From the NCBI GenBank assembly GCA_035651955.1, contig DASRES010000031.1, positions 12,184-76,183 of the forward strand: a stretch of DNA of 64,000 bases. Reading direction: 5' to 3'. The notes below the pieces were generated by a model. That model saw only the letters and a list, made by a program, of their open reading frames with translations. It was not told where the DNA came from and did no database searches. A program made the position numbers and the translations under genes. The DNA comes from Acidimicrobiia bacterium (GTDB lineage: Bacteria > Actinomycetota > Acidimicrobiia > IMCC26256 > JAMXLJ01). Shown here piece after piece: positions 28,863 through 37,830 of the stretch (within the stretch, counting starts at the first letter, position 1; each line of letters opens with the position of its first letter).

Positions 28863-30596
28863 TCACTGCCCGGCCTTGTTCTTCGCCAGGCCCTGGAGGA
28901 AGCGGCGCAGGAGGTCGTTGCGGTAGGTGACGGTGACGCCCGTGGGGAGCTCGGGTTGGAAGGCGCGCAGGTTCCGGTCGAGCTCCTGCCCGAGCCGCGG
29001 GTTCGGCGCGTAGAACTCGAGCCGCTTGTCGAAGCCGCTGACGTTCTTCTCGTCGAGTCGCCACTCGGCCACGAAGTACCAGCTCCGCGGCGTGTGGAAC
29101 AGCGTGGTCTCGGGATACATCCCGATCGCGACGACGTGCGCGTCGTCGACGAACTGCGCGTTGTCGGCCGTCGTCAGGCGACCGTTGCGCTGCCTCAGCA
29201 GCGCGGTGACCTGGTGGCTCCCGAGTCCGAGGAGGTCGAGGAGCCCACCCTTGTGGAACAGCGACACGTACCCGAGCTCGCCCGTGGCGACCGTCCGACC
29301 CGCGTAGTACTTCTCGAAGAAGCGGGCCATCTGGTAGCGCTGCTTGTACGTGTTGTTGCTCGCGAGCGGCACGTCGACCACGAGACCGATCTGCACGGTG
29401 AACAGCGCCGCCATCACGAGCGCCATGACGAGCGCGGCGGCGGTGTCGAGCCGCGGCGGGACGAGCTCGCTCGAGATCCGCAGCGTGATGAACAATCCCG
29501 CGATGATCAGGTACTCCTCGTAGCGCCCGTAGAACCCGAACTGGCCGTACGCCGCGTGGAGCAGCACGAGCACCACGTACGCGGCGGCCATGGTGAACGT
29601 CGGCCGCATCGGTCCGACGATCGACGCGACCGCGTACGCGAACGCGACGACGAGGAACAGGCTGATTAGCGGCTGGTGCTGGATCTCCTGGAGCAGCCCG
29701 ACGAGGTCCGGTGCGAGGCTCACGTGCTGATCGGCGACGGACTTCGCGACGATCGAGTTCGGCAGGAAGCTCTGGCCCATCGCCCTGTTGACGAAGCCGT
29801 ACACGACGATCGGCAGCCCGGACGCGATCGCGATCAACGCGGACGTGCGCACGCTGGACACCGCGTTCCACCGGGGCGGTGTGTCGTCGCGCTCGCGCCC
29901 GAGCGCGGTCGCGACGAGGATCGCCACGACGCAACCGACGGCGAGGAACGCCGTCTCGTAGCGGACGGCCGTGCCGGCGAAGAACAGCGCGAGCAGGGGC
30001 CACGTGTTGCGAACGGTGAGCTCTCGTCGCTCGAGCCGATGGAGGACGACGAGGATCTCGACGACGATCGCCGCGTGCAGCGTGTGCTCCATCCCGATCA
30101 TCGCGAGCGCGGGGATGTACAGCGCGAACACCGTGGTGAAGAGGATGAGGACGACGCCGACCCAGTTGCGGCGCACGCGCGCGAGGAAGCCCTGCTCGGA
30201 CGCGAACAACCAGAGCAGCCAGGCGGCCGCCGCCATGTTCAGCAGGAGCGGGAGGACGTTCAACGCGAACGGCACGACGCGCGTGAGCACGGCGAGCACC
30301 AACGTCCACGCCGGCGACGAGGACGCCGACTCGTACACCCCGGTGGTGACGCCCCACGTCCCGTGGAGCGCGAGCTGCTTCGCCATGCTCATGTGGATGG
30401 CCGGGTCGTCGAGCACATAGACGAGATGGCCGTGGTTGCGCACCAGGGATGCGAGGACGGCCACGACCGTCGCGACGAACGCGGTCACGGCCATGAGCAC
30501 GAACAGCGGGACCGTCGACGCCGCCCGCCCGCCGTCCGGCGTCTCGACCTCGGGCTCCGCCGGGCCCGTCGGCGCCGCTTCCTCGACCTGCACCAC
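28863..30596 (-). CDS. Large polytopic membrane protein, GT-C-like glycosyltransferase candidate
   Basis: 577 aa with about 12 or more hydrophobic helices, an acidic DD motif in the first loop (YVLDDPAIHMSMAKQL) and a soluble C-terminal domain of about 150 aa. Lies directly downstream of the dprE2-HAD genes. Confidence 0.55.
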   Translation of the reverse strand: MVQVEEAAPTGPAEPEVETPDGGRAASTVPLFVLMAVTAFVATVVAVLASLVRNHGHLVYVLDDPAIHMSMAKQLALHGTWGVTTGVYESASSSPAWTLVLAVLTRVVPFALNVLPLLLNMAAAAWLLWLFASEQGFLARVRRNWVGVVLILFTTVFALYIPALAMIGMEHTLHAAIVVEILVVLHRLERRELTVRNTWPLLALFFAGTAVRYETAFLAVGCVVAILVATALGRERDDTPPRWNAVSSVRTSALIAIASGLPIVVYGFVNRAMGQSFLPNSIVAKSVADQHVSLAPDLVGLLQEIQHQPLISLFLVVAFAYAVASIVGPMRPTFTMAAAYVVLVLLHAAYGQFGFYGRYEEYLIIAGLFITLRISSELVPPRLDTAAALVMALVMAALFTVQIGLVVDVPLASNNTYKQRYQMARFFEKYYAGRTVATGELGYVSLFHKGGLLDLLGLGSHQVTALLRQRNGRLTTADNAQFVDDAHVVAIGMYPETTLFHTPRSWYFVAEWRLDEKNVSGFDKRLEFYAPNPRLGQELDRNLRAFQPELPTGVTVTYRNDLLRRFLQGLAKNKAGQ

Positions 30597-30634
30597 GAAC
30601 CTCCGGGGGCTTCTCTCGGGCGTTCCGGGGGGCC

Positions 30635-31282
30635 TCAGCGTCGCGCGTGGCGCGCGCCGGGTCCTACGCGATGCGACCGATCGGCCCGGGCGAGGAGCTC
30701 GTCGTCACCCGAGCTGTCCCCGTAGGCCCACAGCACGCACGCCGAGCCGCCGAGCCACGCGTCGAGCCGGGCGACCTTCTCCGGACCGCGGCAGTTCAGC
30801 CCGGCGAGGCGGCCGGTCAGGCGGCCGTCCGGCCCGACCTCGAGCGTCGTGGCCAGCACGACGTCGAAGCCGAGCTGCGGCGCGAGCGGGTCGAGGTACG
30901 TCGTGAGCGAGGCCGAGACGAGGACGAGCTCGTGGCCCTCGTCGCGGTGCCAGCGGACGCGGTCGAGGACGTCGGTCCGCAGGCGCCGCCGGTCGCCCGC
31001 GAGCCGGTCGGCGAACGCGCAGCCCGCGGTGGCGAGCTCGGCCGCGTCACGGCCCGCGACGACGCGTTCGAGCAGCGCGACCTTGGCGTCGTCGCGCGAC
31101 CCTCGTCCGCCGAGCGCGAGCGCGAGCTGCGGCCCGACCGCGGCGAGCGCGGCCGCGACGCGAGCCCGACCGCACGCGTACGCGAGGAACGGGACGAGCG
31201 TGTCGCGACGCGTGATGGTGCCGTCGAAGTCGAAGGCCGCGACGACGCGCGTGACGCCGTCTCCCGTCACGTCGGCCGTCAT
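30635..31282 (-). CDS. HAD-IB family phosphatase
   Basis: DFDGTIT (DxDxT) and the distal YGDSSGD motif. The start ATG shares its A with the dprE2 stop (TGATG). Confidence 0.8.
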   Translation of the reverse strand: MTADVTGDGVTRVVAAFDFDGTITRRDTLVPFLAYACGRARVAAALAAVGPQLALALGGRGSRDDAKVALLERVVAGRDAAELATAGCAFADRLAGDRRRLRTDVLDRVRWHRDEGHELVLVSASLTTYLDPLAPQLGFDVVLATTLEVGPDGRLTGRLAGLNCRGPEKVARLDAWLGGSACVLWAYGDSSGDDELLARADRSHRVGPGARHARR

Positions 31283-32046
31283 CAGATCGGCAGGCGGCGG
31301 AACACCGGGCGGGGGAGATGACGCAGGCCCGACATCACCCACCGCAGCGCGGGCGGGACCCAGACCGTCGTCGCGCCCGACGCGAGGCCGTCGACGATCG
31401 CGTCGGCCACCGCCTCCGCGGTCGTGGAGAGCGGCGCGGGCTTCATGCCGTCGGTCATCTTCGTCGTGACGAACCCGGGTCGGACGACGAGCACGTTCGC
31501 GCCCGACCCGACCATGCTGTCTGCGAGACCCTGCGCGAACGTGTCGAGCCCGGCCTTCGACGACCCGTACACGAAGTTCGACCTGCGGGCGCGCTCGCCT
31601 GCGACGGACGACAGCACCACGAGCGTTCCGTGGCCCTGGTCCCGCAGCGCGTTCGCGACCGGGACCATCACGGAGACCGCGCCGAGGAAGTTCGTCGTCA
31701 CGATCTGCAGCGCGTGGCGCGCGTCGCGCTCGGCCTGCTCCTGCTCGCCGAGGATCCCGAACGCGACGATCACGACGTCGAGATCCGGGTAGCGGCTGAA
31801 CGCCTCGCGCACGAAGTGCTCGTGCGACGTGAGGTCCCGCGCGTCGAAGGCGACGACGTCGACCCTCGGCTCGCCCGGCAGCGCGCGCAGCTCCTTGGCC
31901 CGGGCCTCCATGCCCTCCGGGTCGCGGCCCGCGAGCACGACGGTGCGGCAGCGCGCCTCGATCAGCTTCCGCGCGGTCGCGAGCCCGATGTCGGACCCGC
32001 CGCCGAGCACGAGCACGGACTGCACCGCACCGAGTGCGTCCTTCAT
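31282..32046 (-). CDS. dprE2: Decaprenylphospho-2-keto-ribose reductase (DprE2-type SDR)
   Basis: 254-aa SDR (LVLGGGSDIGLA, YGSSKAGLD), with length and sequence pattern as in Rv3791. Adjacent to dprE1 and ubiA. Confidence 0.85.
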   Translation of the reverse strand: MKDALGAVQSVLVLGGGSDIGLATARKLIEARCRTVVLAGRDPEGMEARAKELRALPGEPRVDVVAFDARDLTSHEHFVREAFSRYPDLDVVIVAFGILGEQEQAERDARHALQIVTTNFLGAVSVMVPVANALRDQGHGTLVVLSSVAGERARRSNFVYGSSKAGLDTFAQGLADSMVGSGANVLVVRPGFVTTKMTDGMKPAPLSTTAEAVADAIVDGLASGATTVWVPPALRWVMSGLRHLPRPVFRRLPI

Positions 32047-32145
32047 GTCTTCTCGCTCACTCCCTGCGGCTCGCGATACCCGAGCCGCGGCCGTTCGTTC
32101 GCTGGCGAGCTCCCGACGCTTGCTGCGCTCGCTCTGGTCGCCGCA

Positions 32146-33513
32146 TCACAACGCGAGGCGTCGCGCGAGGTCGGACTGGAAGACGTGGTCGGGGTCGAGC
32201 TTCGCCCGCACCTCCCGCCACTCGTCGAGGCGAGGGTACATGCGGCCCAGCAGCTCGGGTCGCACCCGGGAGTCCTTCGCCAAGTAGACGCGGCCGCCCG
32301 CCTCGACGACGAGGTCGTCCAGCCCGTCGAGCAGCGCGCCGAGACCGGGATCGCCCGCGGGGATGTCGAGCGCGAGCGTCCACCCGGGCGCGGGGAACGA
32401 CAACGGGCCGGGGTCGGCAGGACCGAACCGCTTGAGCACCGCGAGGAACGACGCCGCGCCGGCGGCGCTGAGGCGCTCGACGGCCATGCGCACGGCGTCC
32501 TCGGCGCCGAAGGGGACGACGAACTGGTACTGGAGGAACCCCGTCGACCCGTACATCCGGTTCCAGCCGTCGACCATGTCGAGCGGGTGGAAGAAGCCGC
32601 TGATGGTCTCGATGCCGCCGCGCTCCTCGCGCGGTGCCTTGCGGAACCAGACCTCGTTGAACGCGCGCATCGTCAACGGGTTCACGAGCCCGCGCGGCAC
32701 CCAGGGCGGGGTGGTGACGAGCATGCGCGGGTCGAACGCGCGCGCGGTCGCGCGCTGCTTCGGTGCGAGGTCGTCGAGGCGCGCGTGGTCGCCGCGCGTG
32801 AGCACGGAGCGGCCGAGCGACTTGCCGCGCGCGAGACAGTCGATCCACGCGACCGAGTACCGGTACTCGTGGTCACGGGCGGCCATGCGGCTCATGAGGT
32901 CGTCGAGGTCGCTGCACCGCTCGGTGTCGACGCGGATGCGCGAGGTCTCGATCGGGAGCAACCGGAACGTCGCGTCGAGGACGACGCCGGTGAGACCCAT
33001 CCCGCCCGCGGTCGCCCAGAAGATCTCCGGCTGACGGTCGGGACCGACGACGAGCCGCTCGCCGCTCGCCGTCTGCAACGTGATCTCCGTGACGTGCGTG
33101 CAGAAGCTGCCCTCGGTGTGGTGGTTCTTGCCGTGGATGTCGGCCGCGACGGCACCGCCGACGGTCACGTAGCGCGTGCCCGGCGTGACGGGGACGAACC
33201 ACCCGAGCGGCACGAGCCGCCGCATGAGCTCGTCGAGGCTGGTGCCCGCGCTCGCCCTGACGACGCCGTGGTCGAGGTCGAGCGCGCGGACGCCGTGCAG
33301 GCCCGTGAGGTCGAGCACGTCCCCGCCGGCGTTCTGCGCGGCGTCGCCGTAGCTCCGACCGAGGCCGCGGGCGATCGTGCCGCGCTCGGGTGCGGCCTCG
33401 ATGGCGTGCGCGACGGCGTCGTCCGAGCGCGGCCGGCGGACGCGCGCGCCGCTCGGCGCCGTTCGTCCCCACCCGGTCAGGACCTCGGTCGTCGCGCGCA
33501 CGTCAGGCGACAT
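32146..33513 (-). CDS. dprE1: Decaprenylphosphoryl-beta-D-ribose oxidase (DprE1-type FAD oxidoreductase)
   Basis: FAD-binding region ARGLGRSYGD and C-terminal LSFPAPGWTLALDIP ... VYLAKDSR, as in Rv3790. The start overlaps the ubiA stop by 11 nt. Confidence 0.9.
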   Translation of the reverse strand: MSPDVRATTEVLTGWGRTAPSGARVRRPRSDDAVAHAIEAAPERGTIARGLGRSYGDAAQNAGGDVLDLTGLHGVRALDLDHGVVRASAGTSLDELMRRLVPLGWFVPVTPGTRYVTVGGAVAADIHGKNHHTEGSFCTHVTEITLQTASGERLVVGPDRQPEIFWATAGGMGLTGVVLDATFRLLPIETSRIRVDTERCSDLDDLMSRMAARDHEYRYSVAWIDCLARGKSLGRSVLTRGDHARLDDLAPKQRATARAFDPRMLVTTPPWVPRGLVNPLTMRAFNEVWFRKAPREERGGIETISGFFHPLDMVDGWNRMYGSTGFLQYQFVVPFGAEDAVRMAVERLSAAGAASFLAVLKRFGPADPGPLSFPAPGWTLALDIPAGDPGLGALLDGLDDLVVEAGGRVYLAKDSRVRPELLGRMYPRLDEWREVRAKLDPDHVFQSDLARRLAL

Positions 33514-34468
33514 AGATCCCGATCGCGACGACGATCACCCACGCGAGCCCCATGAGCTGGAGCGCGCGGTCGCCGAGGACGATCTCCTCCGGCGCGGCGC
33601 CGCCACCCGACTCGAGCACGAGCGCGTACCGCAGCACGCCGAGGACGAACGGCACGATCGACAGCTCGAACCACGGCACTCCCGCGTGACCGCGTGCGCG
33701 CTCGAACGCCCACAGGCAGTACGCCACCATCGTGACCGCCGAGCTCACCGCGGTGACGTGACCGAGGTACGCGGTCGTGTACTGCGCGAGCGTGCTGCGC
33801 ACGTCCGCACGCGACGCACCGAGCTCGCGGTGCTCCGCCAGGCGCTTCCCGGCCACGACGAACAGCGACCCGAACGACGCGACGATGAAGAACCAGTTCG
33901 AGATCGGGACGTCGACGGCGACGGCGCCCGCGATCATGCGGAGCACGAAGCCCGCCGCGACCATGCCGAGGTCGAGCACGGCGACGTGCTTCAGCCACAT
34001 GCTGTAGCTCGTCGTCATCATCACGTAGCACGCGATCACGACGGGGAGCCGCCAGTCGGCCGCGAAGCCGACGCCCACGGCCGCGACGATCAGGACCGCG
34101 CCCACGACCTTGGCCGTCGTCACGCCGACGAGACCGGCGGCGACAGGGCGGCGCCGCTTCGTCGGGTGCCGGCGGTCGGCCTCGACGTCGAACGCGTCGT
34201 TCAGGAAGTAGGTGCCGGCCGCGCCGAGCGTGAACGCGGCGAACGCGATGAACGTGTCGAGCAGCGCGTGGCCGTGGGACAGCACACCGGCCGCGCCCGG
34301 CGCCGCGGCGACGAGCACGTTCTTGACCCACTGGCGTGGCCGGGCGGTGCGCAGCAGCGCCAGGGCGCGCGACGGCCGGCGCGGCATGGCGTCACCGTTG
34401 AGCGACAGCCGCGGCAGCGAGCTGACGCGCTCGGACGCCCCGAGCTCGGTCCCGGTCTCCTCCGGCAT
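33503..34468 (-). CDS. ubiA: Decaprenyl-phosphate phosphoribosyltransferase (UbiA family)
   Basis: RPRQWVKNVLV and NDAFDVEADRRHPTKRRRP motifs as in Rv3806c; multi-pass membrane protein. ATG 34468 preferred, ATG 34387 alternative. Confidence 0.85.
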   Translation of the reverse strand: MPEETGTELGASERVSSLPRLSLNGDAMPRRPSRALALLRTARPRQWVKNVLVAAAPGAAGVLSHGHALLDTFIAFAAFTLGAAGTYFLNDAFDVEADRRHPTKRRRPVAAGLVGVTTAKVVGAVLIVAAVGVGFAADWRLPVVIACYVMMTTSYSMWLKHVAVLDLGMVAAGFVLRMIAGAVAVDVPISNWFFIVASFGSLFVVAGKRLAEHRELGASRADVRSTLAQYTTAYLGHVTAVSSAVTMVAYCLWAFERARGHAGVPWFELSIVPFVLGVLRYALVLESGGGAAPEEIVLGDRALQLMGLAWVIVVAIGIYVA

Positions 34469-34524
34469 CGTGTCCGTTCTGCGCGCTGTCCGCGCGGGTG
34501 CGTTCTGCGGCGGAGCCCCAGACT

Positions 34525-35844
34525 CTATCTTTCGGCCCACCCGCTTTCGGCCCGCCCGCCGGCAGATCCGCCGCCGCCCGGGCCCCCCGTGCCCTCGAGC
34601 CGGGCGCGCGACTCCGCCGCCGCCCACGAGAAGATGCCCTTCGACATCGTCGACGCCTCGACCTCTGCCCGCCGCGCGAACACGTCGGCCCGGACGCCGT
34701 GGACGCCCGCGTCGTCCGGTGCGGCGGCCGCGGCCCACTCCGCGAGGTGCCCGGCGAGCCGGAGGTCACCCGCGGCTGCGAGCTGTGCGGCCCGTTCCGC
34801 GAGGCGTGCGGCACCACCCGCGAGCCGCGCGACCTCGGTCGCGACGGCGCGGTCGGGCGCGGGCTTGAGACGGGCGGGGTTCCCGTCGTACCAACCGCCG
34901 TAGAGCCGCCAGACGTTGTGGACCACGAACTCCGGCTCGTCGTAGATCGGTCGCAGGTACGGGCGTTCGAGGAGCTCGGGCGGTGCCTTCACCGTGTGGA
35001 CGATGTCGTCGAGGCGCGCGCCCTCGTTCATGAGCACGAGCGTCTGGTCGTGCAGCGACTCGAGCAACGACGCGGTGTCGTCGAGCGCGCGTTGCACGCG
35101 GTCCGCGCCGACGATCGGGAGGCCGTGGCCCGGCAGCAGCAGCTCCGGGCTCAGCGCCGCCATCTCGCGGAGCGCACGAGCCCAGTCGAGCGGGTACCGC
35201 TGCACCTTCTGCGGGTTGCCGCAGTTCGGCGAGGCCCAGATGAACAGGTCGCCGGTGAGCAGCGTGCGCCGGTCCGGAGCCCAGACCCACGTGTGGTCGT
35301 CGGTCTCGCCACGCGCGTGGTGCAGCTCGAACCGCTCGCCGCCGAGCTCGAGCGTCAGCGCGTCGCGATACGTCTCGTCCGGATAGCGGTACTCCGTCGG
35401 CCACGAGAAGCCGGCGGCCTGGAACTGCCGGGCGTTGATGATGCCGTTGTATCCCGCAGTCGCGACGTAGCGCGCGAACCGGTCGGCGATCGCCTCGTGC
35501 GCGATCACGCGCGGCGGTGCGCTCCCGTCGTGTCGCGCGTCGGCCTCGTAGCGCTCGACGCCGAAGCAGTGGTCGATGTGCCCGTGCGTGAACACGATCG
35601 TGTGGACGGGCGCACGGCTCCACGCGCGCAGCACGTCGTGCACGCGCTCGGACATGAACGTGCTGCTCGTGTCGACGACGAGGAGCCCGTCGTCGGTCGT
35701 GAGCGCGCTCGAGTTCGAGAACGCGGCGACGAACGCCCCGCCGTCGAGCTCCGCGAGCTCGCCGAAGAGCCGGAACGGGTGGTGCGCGGCGATGTCGAGG
35801 TCGCCGGTGAAGAGCTTGTCCGCGATGTCCAGGAGCTCCGTCAT
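34525..35844 (-). CDS. MBL-fold hydrolase with alkyl-sulfatase-type dimerisation region
   Basis: HGHIDH metal motif and a downstream region resembling SdsA1/BDS1-type alkyl sulfatases, but with no SCP2-like C-terminal domain. Only the last 439 codons of a 1460-aa composite ORF. Confidence 0.8.
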   Translation of the reverse strand: MTELLDIADKLFTGDLDIAAHHPFRLFGELAELDGGAFVAAFSNSSALTTDDGLLVVDTSSTFMSERVHDVLRAWSRAPVHTIVFTHGHIDHCFGVERYEADARHDGSAPPRVIAHEAIADRFARYVATAGYNGIINARQFQAAGFSWPTEYRYPDETYRDALTLELGGERFELHHARGETDDHTWVWAPDRRTLLTGDLFIWASPNCGNPQKVQRYPLDWARALREMAALSPELLLPGHGLPIVGADRVQRALDDTASLLESLHDQTLVLMNEGARLDDIVHTVKAPPELLERPYLRPIYDEPEFVVHNVWRLYGGWYDGNPARLKPAPDRAVATEVARLAGGAARLAERAAQLAAAGDLRLAGHLAEWAAAAAPDDAGVHGVRADVFARRAEVEASTMSKGIFSWAAAESRARLEGTGGPGGGGSAGGRAESGWAER

Positions 35845-35871
35845 GCGCCGAGTCTCGCAGCGTTCGTTACG

Positions 35872-36519
35872 GTGCCGCCCGTGGTCCGTGCCCGTCGAGA
35901 GCTGGTCGAGGCGAGCGAGGAGCTCGCGCGACGCGACCCGGCGTTCGCGCCCGTCGTCGAGGCCGTCGGTCCGTGCACGCTGCGCAGCCGGCGTCCGCCG
36001 ACGACCGACTTCGGACAGCTCGCCGCGTCGATCGTCTACCAGCAGCTCGCGGGGAAGGCCGCGGCCGCGATCCATGCGCGCTTCACGGCGCTGTTCGACG
36101 GGCCGCCGACCGCGGACGCCGTCCTGGCGCTGCCGGTCGACGCGTTGCGCGCCGCGGGTCTGTCCGGCGCGAAGACGGCGTCGATACGCGATCTCGCCGA
36201 GAAGGTCCGCGCCGGCGTCGTCGAGCTCGACCGCATCGGCCGCCTCGGCGACGACGACGTCGTGCGCGAGCTGACGAGCGTGCGCGGGATCGGCCGCTGG
36301 ACGGCGGAGATGTTCCTGATGTTCCAGCTCGGACGGGTCGACGTGTGGCCCGTCGACGACTACGGCGTGCGCAAGGGCTACGCGCAGCTGCACTCGCTCG
36401 ACCCCCTGCCGAAGCCGCGCGAGCTGGATGAGATGGGAGAGCGCTACCGCCCGTTCCGGTCGGTCGCGGCCTGGTACTGCTGGCGGGCGGTCGACACGGT
36501 GACCCCGGACGCGTCGTGA
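35872..36519 (+). CDS. DNA-3-methyladenine glycosylase II-like (HhH-GPD) protein
   Basis: HhH-GPD motif LTSVRGIGRWTAEMFLMF ... VWPVDDYGVRKG. Start uncertain (GTG 35872 or 35881). Confidence 0.8.
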   Translation: MPPVVRARRELVEASEELARRDPAFAPVVEAVGPCTLRSRRPPTTDFGQLAASIVYQQLAGKAAAAIHARFTALFDGPPTADAVLALPVDALRAAGLSGAKTASIRDLAEKVRAGVVELDRIGRLGDDDVVRELTSVRGIGRWTAEMFLMFQLGRVDVWPVDDYGVRKGYAQLHSLDPLPKPRELDEMGERYRPFRSVAAWYCWRAVDTVTPDAS

Positions 36520-36523
36520 GCGC

Positions 36524-36561
36524 GCGTCGGAACCGGGCCTCGCAGGACCCGGTTCCGACGC
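36524..36561 (+). terminator. Stem-loop after the glycosylase gene
   Basis: 14-bp perfect stem GCGTCGGAACCGGG / CCCGGTTCCGACGC with a 10-nt loop, starting 5 nt after the stop. No U-tract. Confidence 0.5.
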
Positions 36562-36699
36562 CCCTGTCCGGTCTCGCGCGGCCGCGGCGCATGGCTCGCG
36601 GCGGCGCGTCCGCCGGTTTCGTCTCTCCTCGGCAGATCGGGCCCGTTCCTGCAGCATTCGCGGCGGATTCGTCGCGGTTCGGGGCGGTAGCGTGCCGCG

Positions 36700-37818
36700 G
36701 TGGCGCTCGACCCCGCGAACCTCGAGGCCGCCGGGCTCTACGACCCGGACGCGCCGAACGCGGCCGGCCGGCTCGCGCTGCTGGAGTGGATCGGCGAGCA
36801 GGGCATCACGATCGAGGAGATGCGGGCGGCGGTCGCCGAGCGCGGCAGCCTGACGGGGCTCGTCGGCGACCGCGTCGTACGCCCCGGCGCGCGCCTGACG
36901 GTCGCCGAGGCGGCACAGCGCAGCGGCAACACCGTCGACGAGATCCAGCGCATCGTGCAGGCGAGCGGATCGCCGCCGGTCCCCGACGGCGTGGGCGCGT
37001 TCACCGAGGCGGACGTCGACTCGTTCTTCGTGTTCCGCGTCGCCGCCGAGATGTTCGGGTGGCCGGCGACGCTGCAGTTCACCCGGGTGATGGGCGCGTC
37101 GCTCGCGCGCATCGCCGAGGCCGCGGTGTCCCTGTTCCAGGTGAACGTCGAGTCCCGGCTCGTCGACGCGTCCGCCGGGGAGCTGGCCCTCGCGCAGGCC
37201 AACCTCGACGCGACGCGCGGGTTGGACGGCGTGTCGCTCGTGCTCGACTCGCTGTTCCGCCAGCAGGTCGAGCACGCGATCGAACGGTCGCGCGTGGCGC
37301 GCGGCGGGGAGTCGCTCGGGACCGCGCGGATCGCGGTCGGCTTCGTCGACCTCGTCGGGTTCACGCCCCTCTCGCTGGAGCTCGACGCGCCCGGGCTCGC
37401 CGCGCTCGTCGAGGACTTCGAGGCGCGTGCCGCGGACGTCGTCGTGGCGCACCGCGGCCGGGTGGTGAAGCTCATCGGCGACGAGATCATGTTCGCCGCG
37501 GTCGACGCCGCGACCGCCTGCGAGATCGCGCTCGCGCTCGTCGACGAGTTCCGCGACACGGACGGCGTCACGCCACGCGGCGGGCTCGGCTACGGCGTCG
37601 TCGTCACACGGGGCGGCGACTACTACGGCCCGGTCGTGAACGTCGCGGCCCGGGTCGCGCAGCTCGCCGTCCCGGACGAGATCCTCGTCACCGCGGACGT
37701 CGCGCGGGCGGCCGGGCCGTCGTTCTGCTTCGAGCCGGCCGGTCGTCGCATGCTGAAGGGGTTCGACGGCCCCGTGCAGCTCTTCGTCGTCGAGCGAGTG
37801 CCGGCGACGCGCCGCTAG
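36700..37818 (+). CDS. Class III adenylate/guanylate cyclase domain protein
   Basis: Catalytic domain motifs VGFVDLVGFT, LIGDEIMF, GPVVNVAARV. An in-frame stop 12 nt upstream fixes GTG 36700 as the first possible start. Confidence 0.85.
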   Translation: MALDPANLEAAGLYDPDAPNAAGRLALLEWIGEQGITIEEMRAAVAERGSLTGLVGDRVVRPGARLTVAEAAQRSGNTVDEIQRIVQASGSPPVPDGVGAFTEADVDSFFVFRVAAEMFGWPATLQFTRVMGASLARIAEAAVSLFQVNVESRLVDASAGELALAQANLDATRGLDGVSLVLDSLFRQQVEHAIERSRVARGGESLGTARIAVGFVDLVGFTPLSLELDAPGLAALVEDFEARAADVVVAHRGRVVKLIGDEIMFAAVDAATACEIALALVDEFRDTDGVTPRGGLGYGVVVTRGGDYYGPVVNVAARVAQLAVPDEILVTADVARAAGPSFCFEPAGRRMLKGFDGPVQLFVVERVPATRR

Positions 37819-37830
37819 CCTCTCACGTTC

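Noticed and set aside
32047-32145. Shared 9-11-mers (GCGAGCGCAGC, CAGCGAACG, GGAGTGAGCG) between the dprE1-dprE2 spacer and the gltA/ACAD intergenic purine tract
   Set aside because: They are GC-rich words in low-complexity sequence. My rough estimate is that such matches are expected by chance at this base composition, and their order differs between the two regions.
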